DNA of 64,000 nucleotides from an uncultured delta proteobacterium (GCA_963767925.1 CAVYGB010000008.1:1984001-2048000); one strand, 5' to 3'; numbered from the stretch's first letter, positions 31,623 through 52,946 are shown. The notes: generated by a model from the sequence alone, not told the origin. Program-made: numbers and translations.

Positions 31623-32023
31623 CACCAAACCTCGCAGAGCAGCTCGCCGCCCATGCCTTCTTTGCGAGCGGCACGGTCGGTCATCAGCCCGCGCGATGTG
31701 GACAGGATGGCGACACCCAGTCCCGACCGAATGCGGGGGATTCGGTCGTGGCGCACGTACACCCGTTGCCCGGGCCGCGAGCGGCGCCGCAGGCCCGTGA
31801 TGGCGTTCGTGTGCGGATCAGCCCAGCGAAGCTTGATAGCCAGCTCGGCGTTGTCAGCAAAGTCGGTACGGACGTCGTAGCCGGCGATGTACCCCTCAGC
31901 CTTGAGCAGGTCGGCGATCCTCACCTTCAGCTTGGAGCTGGGCAGGATCACTTCGGCATGCCGGGCCAGGATGGCATTGCGGATACGAGCCAGAAAGTCA
32001 GCAATTGGGTCGGTCATCGACAT
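31622..32023 (-). CDS. rpsH: 30S ribosomal protein S8
   Basis: TDPIADFLARIRN, GVAILSTSRG, GGELLCEVW. Confidence 0.99.
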   Translation of the reverse strand: MSMTDPIADFLARIRNAILARHAEVILPSSKLKVRIADLLKAEGYIAGYDVRTDFADNAELAIKLRWADPHTNAITGLRRRSRPGQRVYVRHDRIPRIRSGLGVAILSTSRGLMTDRAARKEGMGGELLCEVW

Positions 32024-32030
32024 GGGCCAC

Positions 32031-32210
32031 CTACCAGCTCGATTTGATCACGCCCGGGATGTCACCGCGCAACGCCAGCGACCGGAAACACAGACGGCAG
32101 AGGGCGAATTTCCGGAGGAAGGCGCGCGCGCGACCACATTGCTTGCAGCGGTTCCGGTGGCGGACCCGCCACTTGGGCGGTTGCGGAAACATATCAACGG
32201 TTTTTGCCAT
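32031..32210 (-). CDS. rpsN: 30S ribosomal protein S14 (type Z, zinc-binding)
   Basis: [24 protein letters not shown]...IPGVIKSSW. Confidence 0.97.
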   Translation of the reverse strand: MAKTVDMFPQPPKWRVRHRNRCKQCGRARAFLRKFALCRLCFRSLALRGDIPGVIKSSW

Positions 32211-32214
32211 GGCG

Positions 32215-32940
32215 CTAATTCCTGAAGGGCATTCCCAGATGGCGCAGCAGCGCGCGCGCCTGCTCATCGGTGCGGGCGCTCGTGATGATGGTGATGTTCA
32301 TGCCCTTGGGCTTTTCCACTTTGTCTACCTGCTGAATCTCCGGGAAGATGAGGCCCTCCCGGATGCCCAGGGTGTAGTTGCCTCTCCCGTCGAAGGACCG
32401 CGGAGAGACACCCTTGAAGTCACGAACCCGGGGCAGCGCGAAGCTGACCAGCCGGTCGTAGAACTCCCACATCGTGTCCCGTCGGAGCGTCACCATGGCC
32501 CCGATCTTCTGGCCGGCGCGCAGCTTGAACACGGCGATCGACTTCTTGGACTTGGTGACCACCGGCTGCTGCCCGGTAATCAGGGCCAGCTCGTCGACCG
32601 CAGAGTCCAGGATCTTCGGGTTAGAGACCGCCTCGCCGAGACCCATGTTCACGCTGATGCTCAGCATGCGGGGGGCCTCCATCGAGTTCTTCAGCCCCAG
32701 CTCCTGGATCAAACGCTGCCGGATCTCCTTGTCGTAGAGCTGCCGGAGTCGGGCAGGTGCCGGCCGCCGGAGCTTCTCCGTCGCCAGCTCCCGGGCCGCC
32801 GCGGCCGCCGGTCCCTTGCCCTTGCCTTTGCCCTGAGCCCGGGCGGCCCGCTTGGCCGTCGCCTCGGCTTGCTGCTCGGCGGTCATGGCCGGTCGGCCAC
32901 CTTTGGCCTCGCCTGCCTTGTCGTCTTTCTCGTCAGCCAT
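32215..32940 (-). CDS. rplE: 50S ribosomal protein L5 with N-terminal extension
   Basis: [28 protein letters not shown]. Confidence 0.98.
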   Translation of the reverse strand: MADEKDDKAGEAKGGRPAMTAEQQAEATAKRAARAQGKGKGKGPAAAAARELATEKLRRPAPARLRQLYDKEIRQRLIQELGLKNSMEAPRMLSISVNMGLGEAVSNPKILDSAVDELALITGQQPVVTKSKKSIAVFKLRAGQKIGAMVTLRRDTMWEFYDRLVSFALPRVRDFKGVSPRSFDGRGNYTLGIREGLIFPEIQQVDKVEKPKGMNITIITSARTDEQARALLRHLGMPFRN

Positions 32941-32970
32941 GACTGTGTTCCTTCAGGGAATCGCCGCGGA

Positions 32971-33288
32971 TCACGCCGCCTCGAAGACCGTTCCACATTT
33001 GATGCAAACTCGACGCTTGGCCTGGCCTTCCTTGACCTCGGCCCGCGCCCGCCTGGCCGCCGAACACTTCCCGCACCAGAGCGAGACGTTGGACAGCTCG
33101 ACCGAGCCTTCCTTCTCCAGGACGCCGCCCCGGGGGTTGGCCTGGGTGGGTCGGGTGTGGCGCTTGACCATGTTCACCCGTTCGATCACCACCCGGTGCT
33201 TCTTGGTCAGCAACCGCAGCACCCGGCCGCGCTTGCCCTTCTCCTTGCCGGAGATGACCACCACGCTGTCGCCCCGCCGCACGTTCAT
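32971..33288 (-). CDS. rplX: 50S ribosomal protein L24
   Basis: [20 protein letters not shown]-terminal CGKC...CIKC. Confidence 0.97.
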   Translation of the reverse strand: MNVRRGDSVVVISGKEKGKRGRVLRLLTKKHRVVIERVNMVKRHTRPTQANPRGGVLEKEGSVELSNVSLWCGKCSAARRARAEVKEGQAKRRVCIKCGTVFEAA

Positions 33289-33656
33289 CACAGCACCTCC
33301 GGGGCCAGCGAGATGATCTTCATGAAGCGCTTGGCCCGAAGCTCGCGAGCGACCGGCCCGAAGATGCGGGTCCCGACCGGCTCGTTGTCCTTGTCCACCA
33401 GCACCGCCGAGTTGGCGTCGAAGCGGATGTAGGAGCCGTCGGCGCGCGAGACTTCTTTGCGGGTCCGCACGATGACGGCCTTCGCCACCTCGCCCTTCTT
33501 CACCTTGGCGTTGGGGATGGCTTCCTTGACCGACACCACGATGACGTCTCCAAGGGAGGCGTACTTGCGGCGCGTGCCACCGAGCACCCGGATGCACATC
33601 AGCTTCTTGGCGCCCGAGTTGTCGGCTACGTCGAGGGTTGTCGTTGTCTGGATCAT
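33288..33656 (-). CDS. rplN: 50S ribosomal protein L14
   Basis: [27 protein letters not shown]. Confidence 0.99.
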   Translation of the reverse strand: MIQTTTTLDVADNSGAKKLMCIRVLGGTRRKYASLGDVIVVSVKEAIPNAKVKKGEVAKAVIVRTRKEVSRADGSYIRFDANSAVLVDKDNEPVGTRIFGPVARELRAKRFMKIISLAPEVL

Positions 33657-33663
33657 TTCGGGC

Positions 33664-33990
33664 TCACGCTTCCTGCGGGCGTTCGAGGAGCTTGATCACC
33701 TTCCACCGCTTCTCCCGCGAGAGGGGCCGGTGCTCGACGATCACGACGCGGTCACCCGTCTTGAACTCGTTCTTCTCGTCGTGGGCCTTGTACTTCTTGC
33801 GGCCCGTCAGAAACTTTCCGTACTTGAGGTGAGAGAAGCGCCGCTCGACCAGCACGATGCGGGTCTTGTTCATCTTGTCGCTCACAACGATGCCGATGAG
33901 CTTGCGCTTGCGGGTCTTGGGCCGGCCGTCCTTGTCGAGGGCCGCCTCACCGGCGGCCGCGCCGCCTACCTGGGCCTGAGGAGCGCTCAC
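33664..33990 (-). CDS. rpsQ: 30S ribosomal protein S17
   Basis: [26 protein letters not shown]. Confidence 0.98.
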   Translation of the reverse strand: MSAPQAQVGGAAAGEAALDKDGRPKTRKRKLIGIVVSDKMNKTRIVLVERRFSHLKYGKFLTGRKKYKAHDEKNEFKTGDRVVIVEHRPLSREKRWKVIKLLERPQEA

Positions 33991-34220
33991 GGGGTACCTT
34001 CCTTGCCGGCGCCCTTGCTCGCCTGCCGCATCCGCTCGGCCAGGACGGTGTTCACGCGGGCGATGTCGCGCCGGGTGTTCCGGATGACCATCGTGTTCTC
34101 GAGCTGGTTGGTGGTCTTCTTCAGGCGGTGCTTGAACAGATCCTCTTCCAGCTTGCGCACCGTGCGCAGAAGCTCGGCCGGGTCATTGCCCCGGATGTCC
34201 TTGGCTCTCAGGCCCTTCAT
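33987..34220 (-). CDS. rpmC: 50S ribosomal protein L29
   Basis: LFKHRL...QLEN...RRDIARVNT; overlaps both rplP and rpsQ. Confidence 0.95.
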   Translation of the reverse strand: MKGLRAKDIRGNDPAELLRTVRKLEEDLFKHRLKKTTNQLENTMVIRNTRRDIARVNTVLAERMRQASKGAGKEGTP

Positions 34221-34633
34221 ATGAGCTGCTCCCGTTTGATGACTCGTGTCTGCACGGAGAGCTTGTGCTCGGCCAGGTGGAACGCCTCCCGGGCCAGCTC
34301 TTCCGTGACGCCTTCGAGCTCGTACATCACCCGGCCGGGGCGCACGACGGCGACCCACTCCTCCGGGCTCCCCTTGCCGGTACCCATCCGGGTCTCGGCC
34401 GGCTTCTTGGTCAGCGACTTGTCGGGGAAGATGCGGATGTACAGCTTTCCGGCCCGCTTGATCTTTCTCGAGATGGCGACGCGGGCGGCCTCGATCTGCC
34501 GAGCGGTCACGAAGCCACAGGACAGCGACTGCAGCCCGAAATCGCCGAAGTCGACGACGGTGGCTCCCTTGGAGATACCGCGCATCTTCCCCTTCTGGGA
34601 TTTGCGCCACTTGACTTTCTTCGGTGCGAGCAT
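34217..34633 (-). CDS. rplP: 50S ribosomal protein L16
   Basis: [23 protein letters not shown]. Confidence 0.99.
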   Translation of the reverse strand: MLAPKKVKWRKSQKGKMRGISKGATVVDFGDFGLQSLSCGFVTARQIEAARVAISRKIKRAGKLYIRIFPDKSLTKKPAETRMGTGKGSPEEWVAVVRPGRVMYELEGVTEELAREAFHLAEHKLSVQTRVIKREQLI

Positions 34634-34648
34634 CGTTCAGTTCCTCAC

Positions 34649-35296
34649 TCAGGCGAGCCGAGCGGTCCGCTGGGGCAGCACTTCGCCCTTGAAGATCCAG
34701 CACTTCACGCCGATGGCGCCGTAGGTGGTGTGGGCCTCAGTCGTCCCGTATTCGATGTCCGCCCGCAGCGTGTGCAGTGGCACCCGCCCCTCGCGGTACC
34801 ACTCGTAACGGGCCATCTCCGCGCCGCCGAGCCGACCCGAACAGGCCAGTCGGATCCCCTTGGCTCCGAACTTCATGGCGGTCTGGACCGCCTTCTTCAT
34901 GGCCCGCCGGAAAGCTACCCGCCGCTCGAGCTGCGTCGCCACGCTCTCGGCCACGAGCTGGGCGTTGGTCTCGGCCTTGCGGACCTCCTGGATGTTGAGG
35001 AACACCTCGTTGGACGTCAGCGACTGGACGTCCTTCTTGAGGGTCTCGACGCCCGCGCCCCGCTTGCCGATGACGATGCCCGGCCGGGCGGTGTAGATGT
35101 TGATCTTCACCTTGTTGGCCGCCCGCTCGACCTCGACCGAGGCCACGCCGGCGTGACCAAGCTTCAGCTTGACGAACTTCTTGAGGCGCAGGTCCTCGTG
35201 GAGCCACTTGGCGAACTCCTTTTCGGAGTACCACTTGGAGGTCCAGCCCCGAACGACGCCGAGACGAAAACCGATCGGATGTGTTTTTTGTCCCAT
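34649..35296 (-). CDS. rpsC: 30S ribosomal protein S3
   Basis: [25 protein letters not shown]. Confidence 0.99.
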   Translation of the reverse strand: MGQKTHPIGFRLGVVRGWTSKWYSEKEFAKWLHEDLRLKKFVKLKLGHAGVASVEVERAANKVKINIYTARPGIVIGKRGAGVETLKKDVQSLTSNEVFLNIQEVRKAETNAQLVAESVATQLERRVAFRRAMKKAVQTAMKFGAKGIRLACSGRLGGAEMARYEWYREGRVPLHTLRADIEYGTTEAHTTYGAIGVKCWIFKGEVLPQRTARLA

Positions 35297-35304
35297 GGGG
35301 CTCC

Positions 35305-35637
35305 CTACTCCTTCTCGTCCACGACGACGGTCACGTGGGAGGTCCGCCGATGGATGCGGTTGGCCCGGCCCATCGAGCGCGGCAACCAGCGCTTCTGCAT
35401 GGTCCCGCCGTTGACCTCCACCCTCGTGACGACCAGCTTGTCGGCGTCGGCCTCGTCGTTTTCGGTGGCGTTGGCCACCGCCGAGTTGAGCACCTTGGTC
35501 AACATGCGGGCCGCCTTGCGGGGCTGAAAGCGCAGGACCGACAGGGCGTCCTCCACCTTCTTGCCGCGAATCATTTCCGCCACCATCCGCACCCGGCGGG
35601 GCGACTCGCGAAATCCTCTCAGCAGTGCGTGTGCCAT
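35305..35637 (-). CDS. rplV: 50S ribosomal protein L22
   Basis: [28 protein letters not shown]. Confidence 0.98.
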   Translation of the reverse strand: MAHALLRGFRESPRRVRMVAEMIRGKKVEDALSVLRFQPRKAARMLTKVLNSAVANATENDEADADKLVVTRVEVNGGTMQKRWLPRSMGRANRIHRRTSHVTVVVDEKE

Positions 35638-35656
35638 CTCGAATTCCTTCGCCCGA

Positions 35657-35938
35657 TCACTTCTTGTCGGATGACTTGCGATCGCCCGAGTGGGCGATGA
35701 AGGTCCGGGTGGGGGAAAACTCGCCGAGCTTGTGCCCGACCATGTTCTCGGTGACGAAGACCGGCAGGAACTTCCGCCCGTTGTGAACCGAGAAGGTGAG
35801 ACCCACCATCTCCGGGATCACGGTCGAGCGGCGCGACCAGGTCTTGATGATCTTCTTGGACTTCTGCCGCTGCATGTCCACCACCTTGGCCATCAGGTGG
35901 GTGTCCACGAACGGGCCTTTCTTGATTGAACGAGCCAT
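35657..35938 (-). CDS. rpsS: 30S ribosomal protein S19
   Basis: [28 protein letters not shown]. Confidence 0.99.
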   Translation of the reverse strand: MARSIKKGPFVDTHLMAKVVDMQRQKSKKIIKTWSRRSTVIPEMVGLTFSVHNGRKFLPVFVTENMVGHKLGEFSPTRTFIAHSGDRKSSDKK

Positions 35939-35941
35939 GAC

Positions 35942-36775
35942 TTAGACCTTCTGTCCTCGGCGCTTGATGATCATGGGATCGGTCCGCTTGTTCTCCCGGG
36001 TCTTCAGCCCCTTGGCGAGCTGACCCCAGGGCGAGCAGGGGTGCCGGCCACCGGACGAGCGACCTTCGCCGCCGCCCATGGGATGGTCGATGGGGTTCAT
36101 CGTCACGCCGCGGTTGTGCGGCCGCCAGCCGCGCCAGCGGGTGCGCCCCGCCTTGCCCACGTGGGTGCCGCTGTGCTCGGCATTTCCTACCTGACCCACG
36201 GTAGCCCGGCAGTCCAGATGCACGCGCCGGACCTCGCCCGAGGGGAGCCGGAGCTGACCCCAGTCCCCTTCCTTGGCCATGATCTGGGCGCCGCTGCCGG
36301 CCGAGCGGACGAGCTGGGCTCCGCCGCTGATCTTGAGCTCGATGTTGTGAACCGTCGTGCCCAGGGGGATGAACCGGATGGGCAGGCTGTTACCGGGCTT
36401 GATGTCGGCGTTACGCGAAGAGATGACGGCGTCGCCGATATTCAGCCCCACCGGGCAGAGGATGTATCGCTTCTCTCCGTCGGCGTAGGTGAGCAGGGCG
36501 ATGCGGGCGCTGCGGTTCGGATCGTATTCGATGCTGACCACCTTGGCCGGCACCCCGATCTTGTTCCGCTTGAAGTCGATGATGCGCAGGCGCCGTTTGT
36601 GCCCACCCCCGCGGAAGCGGGAGGTGATGCGGCCGTTGTTGTTCCGGCCTCCGCTGGAGGGTCGCGGCTCGAGCAGCGACTTCAGCGGCCGGGCGCCCTT
36701 CGTCAGATCGGAGAAATCCGGAGCGATGCGGCCGCGCTGGCCCGGGCTGGTCGGATTCGGCGTACGAAGGCCCAT
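35942..36775 (-). CDS. rplB: 50S ribosomal protein L2
   Basis: [35 protein letters not shown]. Confidence 0.99.
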   Translation of the reverse strand: MGLRTPNPTSPGQRGRIAPDFSDLTKGARPLKSLLEPRPSSGGRNNNGRITSRFRGGGHKRRLRIIDFKRNKIGVPAKVVSIEYDPNRSARIALLTYADGEKRYILCPVGLNIGDAVISSRNADIKPGNSLPIRFIPLGTTVHNIELKISGGAQLVRSAGSGAQIMAKEGDWGQLRLPSGEVRRVHLDCRATVGQVGNAEHSGTHVGKAGRTRWRGWRPHNRGVTMNPIDHPMGGGEGRSSGGRHPCSPWGQLAKGLKTRENKRTDPMIIKRRGQKV

Positions 36776-36778
36776 GGT

Positions 36779-37120
36779 CTAGGCTCCCCCCTCGAAGAAA
36801 TCGATGTTTTGGCCGGCAGCCAGGGTGACGATCGCCTTCTTCCAGTTCGACCTTCGACCCACGAACCGGCCCAGGCGCTTCTCCTTGCCCCGCACGATGG
36901 TGGTCCGCACCTTCACCACGTCCACCTTCCAGAGCTTCTGGACGGCGTTGCGGATCTCGATCTTGTTGGCGTCGTCCGCCACCTCGAAGGCCACCTGCGG
37001 CGACAGCGACTCGGCATCACCCTCGTCGACCTCGTCAGCGGGCTTGCCGCCGGTCTCCTTGAGGCGCGTACCCTTCTCGGTCAGCAAGGGCCGTTTGATG
37101 ATCTTTTCGGGGGAGCGCAT
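36779..37120 (-). CDS. rplW: 50S ribosomal protein L23 with acidic insertion
   Basis: [24 protein letters not shown]. Confidence 0.97.
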   Translation of the reverse strand: MRSPEKIIKRPLLTEKGTRLKETGGKPADEVDEGDAESLSPQVAFEVADDANKIEIRNAVQKLWKVDVVKVRTTIVRGKEKRLGRFVGRRSNWKKAIVTLAAGQNIDFFEGGA

Positions 37121-37130
37121 GGCTGTCCTT

Positions 37131-37784
37131 TCAGTCCGCCTTGGCCGGTTCGGTCTTCTCGGCGGCGCCGAGGATGCGGCTCTCGACCGCCTTCACTGCT
37201 TCCTTGCTGATCACCAGCGTCGGATAGTTAAGGATGTCGTAGACGTTGAGTCCCTCGGGCGCCAGGTACTTGGTGGTGCTGAGGTTCCGTAACGACTTGG
37301 TCAAGGTGCCGTTGTCCCGACGGTCGATCACGAGGGCGGAGGTGATCCCCAGGGCCTTGAGCACGCTGAGGGCCTTCTTGGTCTTGGGAGCGTCGAAGGC
37401 GAACTCCGACACGATGACCACCTTGTTCTCCTTGGCGCGCAGGGAGAGCGCCGAGGCCAGGGCGGCCCGCCGGACCTTCTTGGGGACCGTGTATTCGTAG
37501 TCCCGCGGGTGGGGCCCGAACACCTTGCCGCCGCCCACGAACTGGGGAGACCGGCTGGAACCCTGCCGGGCGTTGCCGGTCCCCTTCTGGCGGTACGGCT
37601 TCTTGCCACCGCCCCGCACGAACTCGCGGGTCTTGGTGGCGTGCGTTCCGGCCCGGCGCGCCGCGCGCTGGGCCTTGACGATCTCCCAGAAGAGGTACTC
37701 CTTGACCGGCGCCGCAAACACGGCATCGGCCACCTCGAGTGCCCCTACCTTCTTTCCTTCGATGTCCACGACGTCGAGTTGCAT
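37131..37784 (-). CDS. rplD: 50S ribosomal protein L4
   Basis: [31 protein letters not shown]. Confidence 0.99.
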   Translation of the reverse strand: MQLDVVDIEGKKVGALEVADAVFAAPVKEYLFWEIVKAQRAARRAGTHATKTREFVRGGGKKPYRQKGTGNARQGSSRSPQFVGGGKVFGPHPRDYEYTVPKKVRRAALASALSLRAKENKVVIVSEFAFDAPKTKKALSVLKALGITSALVIDRRDNGTLTKSLRNLSTTKYLAPEGLNVYDILNYPTLVISKEAVKAVESRILGAAEKTEPAKAD

Positions 37785-37792
37785 GGTCCGTC

Positions 37793-38098
37793 TCAGGTCT
37801 TGATCTCTACGTCCACGCCGGCAGACAGGTCGAGCTTCATGAGGGCGTCGAGCGTCTGCTGAGTCGGGTCGAGAATGTCGAGCAGGCGTTTGTGCGTGCG
37901 AATCTCGAACTGCTCACGCGACTTCTTGTCGACGTGAGGCGAACGGAGCACGCAGTACTTGTTGATCTTGGTGGGCAGCGGAATGGGACCGGCCACCTTG
38001 GCTCCCGTGCGCCGGGCGGTGTCGACGATCTCGCCCGCCGACTGATCGAGCAGCCGGTGGTCGTAGGCCTTCAGGCGAATTCTTATCTTCGGGGTCAT
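37793..38098 (-). CDS. rpsJ: 30S ribosomal protein S10
   Basis: [24 protein letters not shown]. Confidence 0.99.
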   Translation of the reverse strand: MTPKIRIRLKAYDHRLLDQSAGEIVDTARRTGAKVAGPIPLPTKINKYCVLRSPHVDKKSREQFEIRTHKRLLDILDPTQQTLDALMKLDLSAGVDVEIKT

Positions 38099-38105
38099 GG
38101 GTGCC

Positions 38106-39302
<1,197 letters not shown>

Positions 39303-39317
39303 GATTCGTCCTCCAAA

Positions 39318-41402
39318 CTAGGCACCGCGAACCCGGTTCACGATCGCATCGCTCACCTGGGCGGGTACCGGAGCGTACCGAAGGAACTGCATCGTGAACG
39401 TCGCCCGTCCCTGCGTCAAGGAACGAACGTCGGTTGAATACCCGAACATCGTCGCGAGTGGAACCTCTGCCGCCACCGCCTGCGCATCTCCCCGGCCCTC
39501 GAGACCCAGGATCCGACCCCGCCGCGCCGAGAGGTTCCCGACGATGGCGCCGGTGAATGGCTCGGGCGCCACCACCTCGAGGCTCATGATCGGCTCGACG
39601 ATCACCGGCTGGCCCTTGCGGAGCGCCGCGGCGGCCGTCTGAGACGCCGCGATCTGGAAAGCAGCCTCATTCGAGTCGACGGGATGGACCGTCGCGGCCA
39701 GCAGCGTGACCTTCGTGTCGATCATCGGATAGCCGGCCAGCGGCCCTCGCCCCAGCGAGGCGCGCGCGCCCCGCTCGACGGCGCCGACGAGCTCCTTGGC
39801 CAGGGCCCCCGCCGCCATGGCGTTTTCGAACAAGATGCCTCGGCCCGGCTCTTCCGGGTCGAGCCGCAGGCCGACGTGGGCGAACTGGCCCCGGCCCAGC
39901 GCCTCCTGCACGAAGGTCTCCTCGTGCTGGGCGGTCCGGGTGATCGCCTCCCGATAGGCCACCTGGGGTCGGCCCACCCGGGCCGCCACCTTGAACTCGC
40001 GCACCAGGCGGTCGACGATGATCTCGAGGTGCAGCTCGCCCATTCCCGACAGCAGCGTCTGGCCGGTCTCCGGGTCGGTCGACACCCGGAAGGAAGGATC
40101 TTCGGCGGCCAGCTTGTCGAGGGCGCCCATCAGCTCCTGCTCGGCGGCCTGGGTCTTCGGCTCGATCACCACCGACATTGCCGGCGGGGGAAATTCGATG
40201 ACGTCGAGGACCACCGGCCGAGCCGGATCGCACAGGGTGTCGCCCGTGGTCGAGACCCGCAGGCCCACCGCGGCTGCGATGTTCCCCGAGGAGACGGAGC
40301 GGACGTCTTCCTTCTTGTTGGCGTGCATCTGCAGCAAGCGCCCGATGCGCTCCCGCTTGCCCTTCGTCGCGTTGTAGACCGTCGACCCGTTCTCGACCCG
40401 CCCGGAATAGACCCGCAGGTAGGTCAGCGGACCGACGTAGGCGTCGTTCATGATCTTGAAAGCCAGGGCGGCGAAGGGCTCCTGCTCGGAGGGGCGGATC
40501 GTCACCCGAGCGCCGTCCGGGAGGTGCCCAATCACGGGCGGCAGATCTTCGGGCGAGGGCAGGTATTCGACGACGGCGTCGAGCAGCGGCTGAACGCCTT
40601 TGTTCTTGAAAGCCGCTCCGTAGAGAACGGGCACCGCTCGCCCGGCGATGGTGGCGCGCCGCAGACCGGCCCTCAGGCGAGGCTCCGAGACTTCGGCGCC
40701 TTCCACGAAGAGGGCCAGGATCTCCTCGTCCACCTCGGCCACCAGCTCGATCATCCTCTGGCGGGCCGCCTTGGCCTCGGCCAGTTGCTCGGCCGGGATC
40801 TCACCTTCCAGGAACATCGCACCAGTCAGGTCGCTCACCCACTCGAGCTTGCGCATGCGGACCAGATCGATCACGCCGGCGAAGTCGTTCTCGAGCCCGA
40901 CCGGGAGCTGGATCGGGACCGGGTGGGCCCGCAGCCGCGTCCGGATCTGCTCGATGCAGGTCTGGGGGTCAGCCCCAACCCGGTCGCACTTGTTGATGAA
41001 GGCGAGCCGGGGCACGTGGTACTTGTCGGCCTGCCGCCAGACCGTCTCGGACTGGGGCTCAACTCCACCGACGGCACAGAAGACCGCCACGGCGCCGTCC
41101 AGGATCCGGAGGCTGCGCTCGACCTCCACCGTGAAGTCGACGTGCCCAGGGGTGTCGATGATGTTCACCCGATGGTCGCGCCAGAAGCAGGTGGTGGCCG
41201 CGGACGTGATGGTGATGCCGCGCTCCTGCTCCTGCTGCATCCAGTCCATCACCGCGGTCCCGTCGTCTACCTCACCCATTCGGTGGGAGACCCCGGTGTA
41301 GAACAGAATGCGCTCAGTGGTCGTGGTCTTGCCCGCATCGATATGCGCCATGATCCCGATGTTTCGGGTCTTATCGATTGGGACTTGGCGAACCACGACC
41401 AC
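39318..41402 (-). CDS. fusA: Elongation factor G (divergent domain IV)
   Basis: [35 protein letters not shown]; located in the str operon. Confidence 0.97.
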   Translation of the reverse strand: MVVVRQVPIDKTRNIGIMAHIDAGKTTTTERILFYTGVSHRMGEVDDGTAVMDWMQQEQERGITITSAATTCFWRDHRVNIIDTPGHVDFTVEVERSLRILDGAVAVFCAVGGVEPQSETVWRQADKYHVPRLAFINKCDRVGADPQTCIEQIRTRLRAHPVPIQLPVGLENDFAGVIDLVRMRKLEWVSDLTGAMFLEGEIPAEQLAEAKAARQRMIELVAEVDEEILALFVEGAEVSEPRLRAGLRRATIAGRAVPVLYGAAFKNKGVQPLLDAVVEYLPSPEDLPPVIGHLPDGARVTIRPSEQEPFAALAFKIMNDAYVGPLTYLRVYSGRVENGSTVYNATKGKRERIGRLLQMHANKKEDVRSVSSGNIAAAVGLRVSTTGDTLCDPARPVVLDVIEFPPPAMSVVIEPKTQAAEQELMGALDKLAAEDPSFRVSTDPETGQTLLSGMGELHLEIIVDRLVREFKVAARVGRPQVAYREAITRTAQHEETFVQEALGRGQFAHVGLRLDPEEPGRGILFENAMAAGALAKELVGAVERGARASLGRGPLAGYPMIDTKVTLLAATVHPVDSNEAAFQIAASQTAAAALRKGQPVIVEPIMSLEVVAPEPFTGAIVGNLSARRGRILGLEGRGDAQAVAAEVPLATMFGYSTDVRSLTQGRATFTMQFLRYAPVPAQVSDAIVNRVRGA

Positions 41403-41535
41403 TTATCTCCCTCGGCGCGCACACAGCGGGGCTCACCCGAGCACCTCCGTGAGGTCCGCCGACCTTACGTTGAGAAAACGACTGCGAAAGCTTGTTGCTG
41501 CTGACCGGCTGTCGAAAGACTCCTGCTGGTTTCAG

Positions 41536-42027
41536 CTACCAGCGATAGTGAGCGAAGGCCTTGTTGGCTTCGGCCATCTTGTGGGTGTCTTCCCGCTTCT
41601 TGACGGCGGCACCACGATTGGACGAAGCATCGAGCAACTCGGAAGCCAGCTTCTCCCGCATGGTCCGTCCATCCGAGCGGTCGCGAGCGGCGTGGATCAG
41701 CCAGCGCATACCCAGGGTCAGGGCGCGCTCGGGCCGCACGTCCACCGGAACCTGGTAGGTGGCGCCGCCCACGCGGCGGGACTTCACCTCGAGCTTGGGC
41801 TGGACGTTGACCAGAGCGCGGTCCCACACCTTCACGGGGTCGTCCTTGGCCTTCTCCGCGACGATGTCGAGGGCGCCGTAGACGATCCGCTCGGCGACCG
41901 ACTTTTTACCCGAGTCCATTACCGTGTTGACGAATTTCGTCAGACGACGGCGCGTGTCCAGCATCTGATCCGTGAACTTCGGATCCGGCAGCAGCTTGCG
42001 TTTGGGTACTTCGCCTTTACGGGGCAT
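41536..42027 (-). CDS. rpsG: 30S ribosomal protein S7
   Basis: [30 protein letters not shown]. Confidence 0.99.
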   Translation of the reverse strand: MPRKGEVPKRKLLPDPKFTDQMLDTRRRLTKFVNTVMDSGKKSVAERIVYGALDIVAEKAKDDPVKVWDRALVNVQPKLEVKSRRVGGATYQVPVDVRPERALTLGMRWLIHAARDRSDGRTMREKLASELLDASSNRGAAVKKREDTHKMAEANKAFAHYRW

Positions 42028-42077
42028 GGATCCCTGGTCCTCGTTCGGTCATGGGTGGCGACACTCTCACTCGGGCG

Positions 42078-42449
42078 TTACTTCGGCCGCTTGGCGCCGT
42101 ACTTCGAGCGCCCCTGGCGACGGTTGGCCACGCCCTGGGTATCCAGGCTACCCCGGATGATGTGGTAACGAACCCCCGGAAGGTCCTTCACACGTCCCCC
42201 GCGGATCAGCACCACGGAGTGCTCCTGGAGGTTGTGACCTTCGCCCGGGATGTAGGTCGTGACCTCCATGTGATTGGTCAAGCGGACGCGCGCCACCTTG
42301 CGAAGGGCCGAGTTCGGCTTCTTGGGGGTGGTCGTGTAGACGCGCACGCAGACGCCGCGGCGCTGGGGACACGCCATCAGGGCCGGTGAAGCCGTCTTGC
42401 GGCCCACGAGTCGGCGGCCCTGTCGGACGAGCTGATTGATGGTTGGCAT
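42078..42449 (-). CDS. rpsL: 30S ribosomal protein S12
   Basis: [30 protein letters not shown]. Confidence 0.99.
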   Translation of the reverse strand: MPTINQLVRQGRRLVGRKTASPALMACPQRRGVCVRVYTTTPKKPNSALRKVARVRLTNHMEVTTYIPGEGHNLQEHSVVLIRGGRVKDLPGVRYHIIRGSLDTQGVANRRQGRSKYGAKRPK

Positions 42450-42530
42450 TCGCTTGTGTGACCTCTGCGGGAGGGGCGGATTATAGGGATGACGATCGCG
42501 AAGTCAATGGGATCGCGAGGGAAAACGCCG

Positions 42531-46733
<4,203 letters not shown>

Positions 46734-46806
46734 TGTCATTGTCGATCGCTCCGTCGCAAAACCTTCAAATTCACCCGGCCGTCGCCGACCTCTGCTCTCG
46801 CTCGCT

Positions 46807-51021
<4,215 letters not shown>

Positions 51022-51179
51022 TTGATCTATCCCCTGGTCGAAAAACTCAAAGGTCCAATGACAGTTCTCGGCCCTAAGGCCGTTTGGCCCTGCCGAGATC
51101 TGCCAATTAGAAAGTACTTACACCCGACGATTTGACGAACCCTGCCAGCTACAACGAGCCTCGTGACGAGCCCCGGCCC

Positions 51180-51563
51180 CTACTTGACTTCGACCTTCGC
51201 CCCCGCCTCTTCCAGCTTCTTGCTCATCGTCTCGGCGTCGGCCTTCGACACGCCCTCTTTGACGACCTTGGGGGCGCCGTCGACCAGGTCCTTGGCCTCT
51301 TTCAGGCCGAGGTTGGTCACCTCGCGCACGGCCTTGATGACGCCGATCTTGTTCCCGCCGGCGTCCTTGAGGGTGACGGTGAACTCGGTCTGCTCGGCCG
51401 CGGGCGCCGCTGCTGCGGCCGCCGGGGCTCCGGCCGCGGCCACTGCCACGGGAGCCGCCTTGACGCCCCACTTGTCCTCGAGCTCCTTGGTCAGCGCCGC
51501 GAGATCGAGCACCGTCATCTTGGAGAGAAAATCAACAACCTGTTCCTTGGTCACATCGGCCAT
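51180..51563 (-). CDS. rplL: 50S ribosomal protein L7/L12
   Basis: [46 protein letters not shown]; own AGGAG RBS. Confidence 0.98.
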   Translation of the reverse strand: MADVTKEQVVDFLSKMTVLDLAALTKELEDKWGVKAAPVAVAAAGAPAAAAAAPAAEQTEFTVTLKDAGGNKIGVIKAVREVTNLGLKEAKDLVDGAPKVVKEGVSKADAETMSKKLEEAGAKVEVK

Positions 51564-51643
51564 GTTCGAAAACTCCTTTACGGTCTTCTCTTGATGTTGA
51601 AACTGAACGCTCCCTGCCCCGGCCTCGTTTGCTCCTCCCGCGA

Positions 51644-52178
51644 CTACTCGGCGGCCGCCACCCTCCTTGAGCTTTTCCTCCTGAGCGGCCAGCAGGTACA
51701 CGAAGTTCTGCGGAGCTGCGTTGAGCAGCGCCAGGAAGTTCTGGGGAACGGCATTGAAGGTCGCAAGCAACATGGCCCGCAGCTCGTCTCGGCCTGGCAG
51801 AGTGGAGAGCGCCTCCACGCCCTTCTTGTCGAGGGCGCGCCCCTCGACGTAGCCGCCCTTGACGACGAACTTGTCGTTCTCCTTGGCGACCTTGGTGGCG
51901 ATCTTGGCAGGGACCGCCGGGTCTTCGAACGAGTAGGCGATGGCGGTGGGGCCGGCCATCAGGTCGTTGAGGAGCTCCATCGAGGTCCCCTTGACCGCCA
52001 GTCCGAGCAGGGTGTTCTTGACGACCCGGTATTCACAGCCGCTGGCCCGGAATTCGTTGCGCAGCTTGGTATCGGCGTCCACGGTCAGCCCACGGAAGTC
52101 GACCAGCACCAGGCTCTGGGCCCGGGCGAGCTTCTCCTTCAGGGTCGTGACAGCGGCAGCTTTTTCATGACGTTCCAC
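51644..52178 (-). CDS. rplJ: 50S ribosomal protein L10 (reads through in frame into rplL as assembled; probable true stop at 51644-51646)
   Basis: [31 protein letters not shown]. Confidence 0.95.
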
Positions 52179-52198
52179 GGGTCATTCTCCTCGCGCGA

Positions 52199-52913
52199 TC
52201 AGCGGGCCTCGAGATCAGACAACAATGGCGTGGGGTCGACTTTTATTCCCGGCCCCATCGTGGTCGAGAGCGTGACCGACCGGACGTAGACCCCCTTGGC
52301 GGAGGCGGGCTTGAGCTTGATGATCGTCTCCAGGAAGGCCTTGGCGTTCTCGTGGAGCTTGTCCCCGCCGAACGAGGCCTTTCCCACCCGGGCGTGGACG
52401 ATGCCGGCCTTCTCGACCCGGAACTCCACGCGGCCGGCCTTCAGCTCCCGAACCGCCTTGGCCACGTCGTTGGTGACGGTGCCCATCTTGGGGTTGGGCA
52501 TGAGCCCCTTGGGCCCCAGCACCCGGCCCAGCCGGCCGACCAGACCCATCATGTCCGGGGTCGCCACCATCGAGTCGAAGTCGGTCCAGCTTTCCTTCTG
52601 GATCCGGTCGGCGATGTCCTCGGCGCCCACGAAGTCTGCCCCGGCATCCTTCGCTTCCCGGGCCTTGTCACCCTTGGCGATCACGCAGACGCGCAGTGTC
52701 TTTCCGGTCCCGTGGGGCAGGACGACTGCCCCGCGGACCATCTGATCGGCGTGTTTGGGATCCACCCCCAGGCGCACGGCGATGTCGACGCTCTCGTCGA
52801 AGGTCGCGACCTTGGTATCGGGGACCAGACGGCAGGCGTCCTCGAGCGGGATAACGCCGGGTGCGGTCGACCTTGGCGGCTGACTTGCGAAACTTTTTTC
52901 CTGCTTGCGGCAT
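52199..52913 (-). CDS. rplA: 50S ribosomal protein L1 (apparent frameshift near 52830-52860)
   Basis: [40 protein letters not shown]-terminus [10 protein letters not shown] is in another frame. Confidence 0.96.
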
Positions 52914-52946
52914 GGCTTCTACGCTTCGGTTGGCTGAGGGAGGGGG

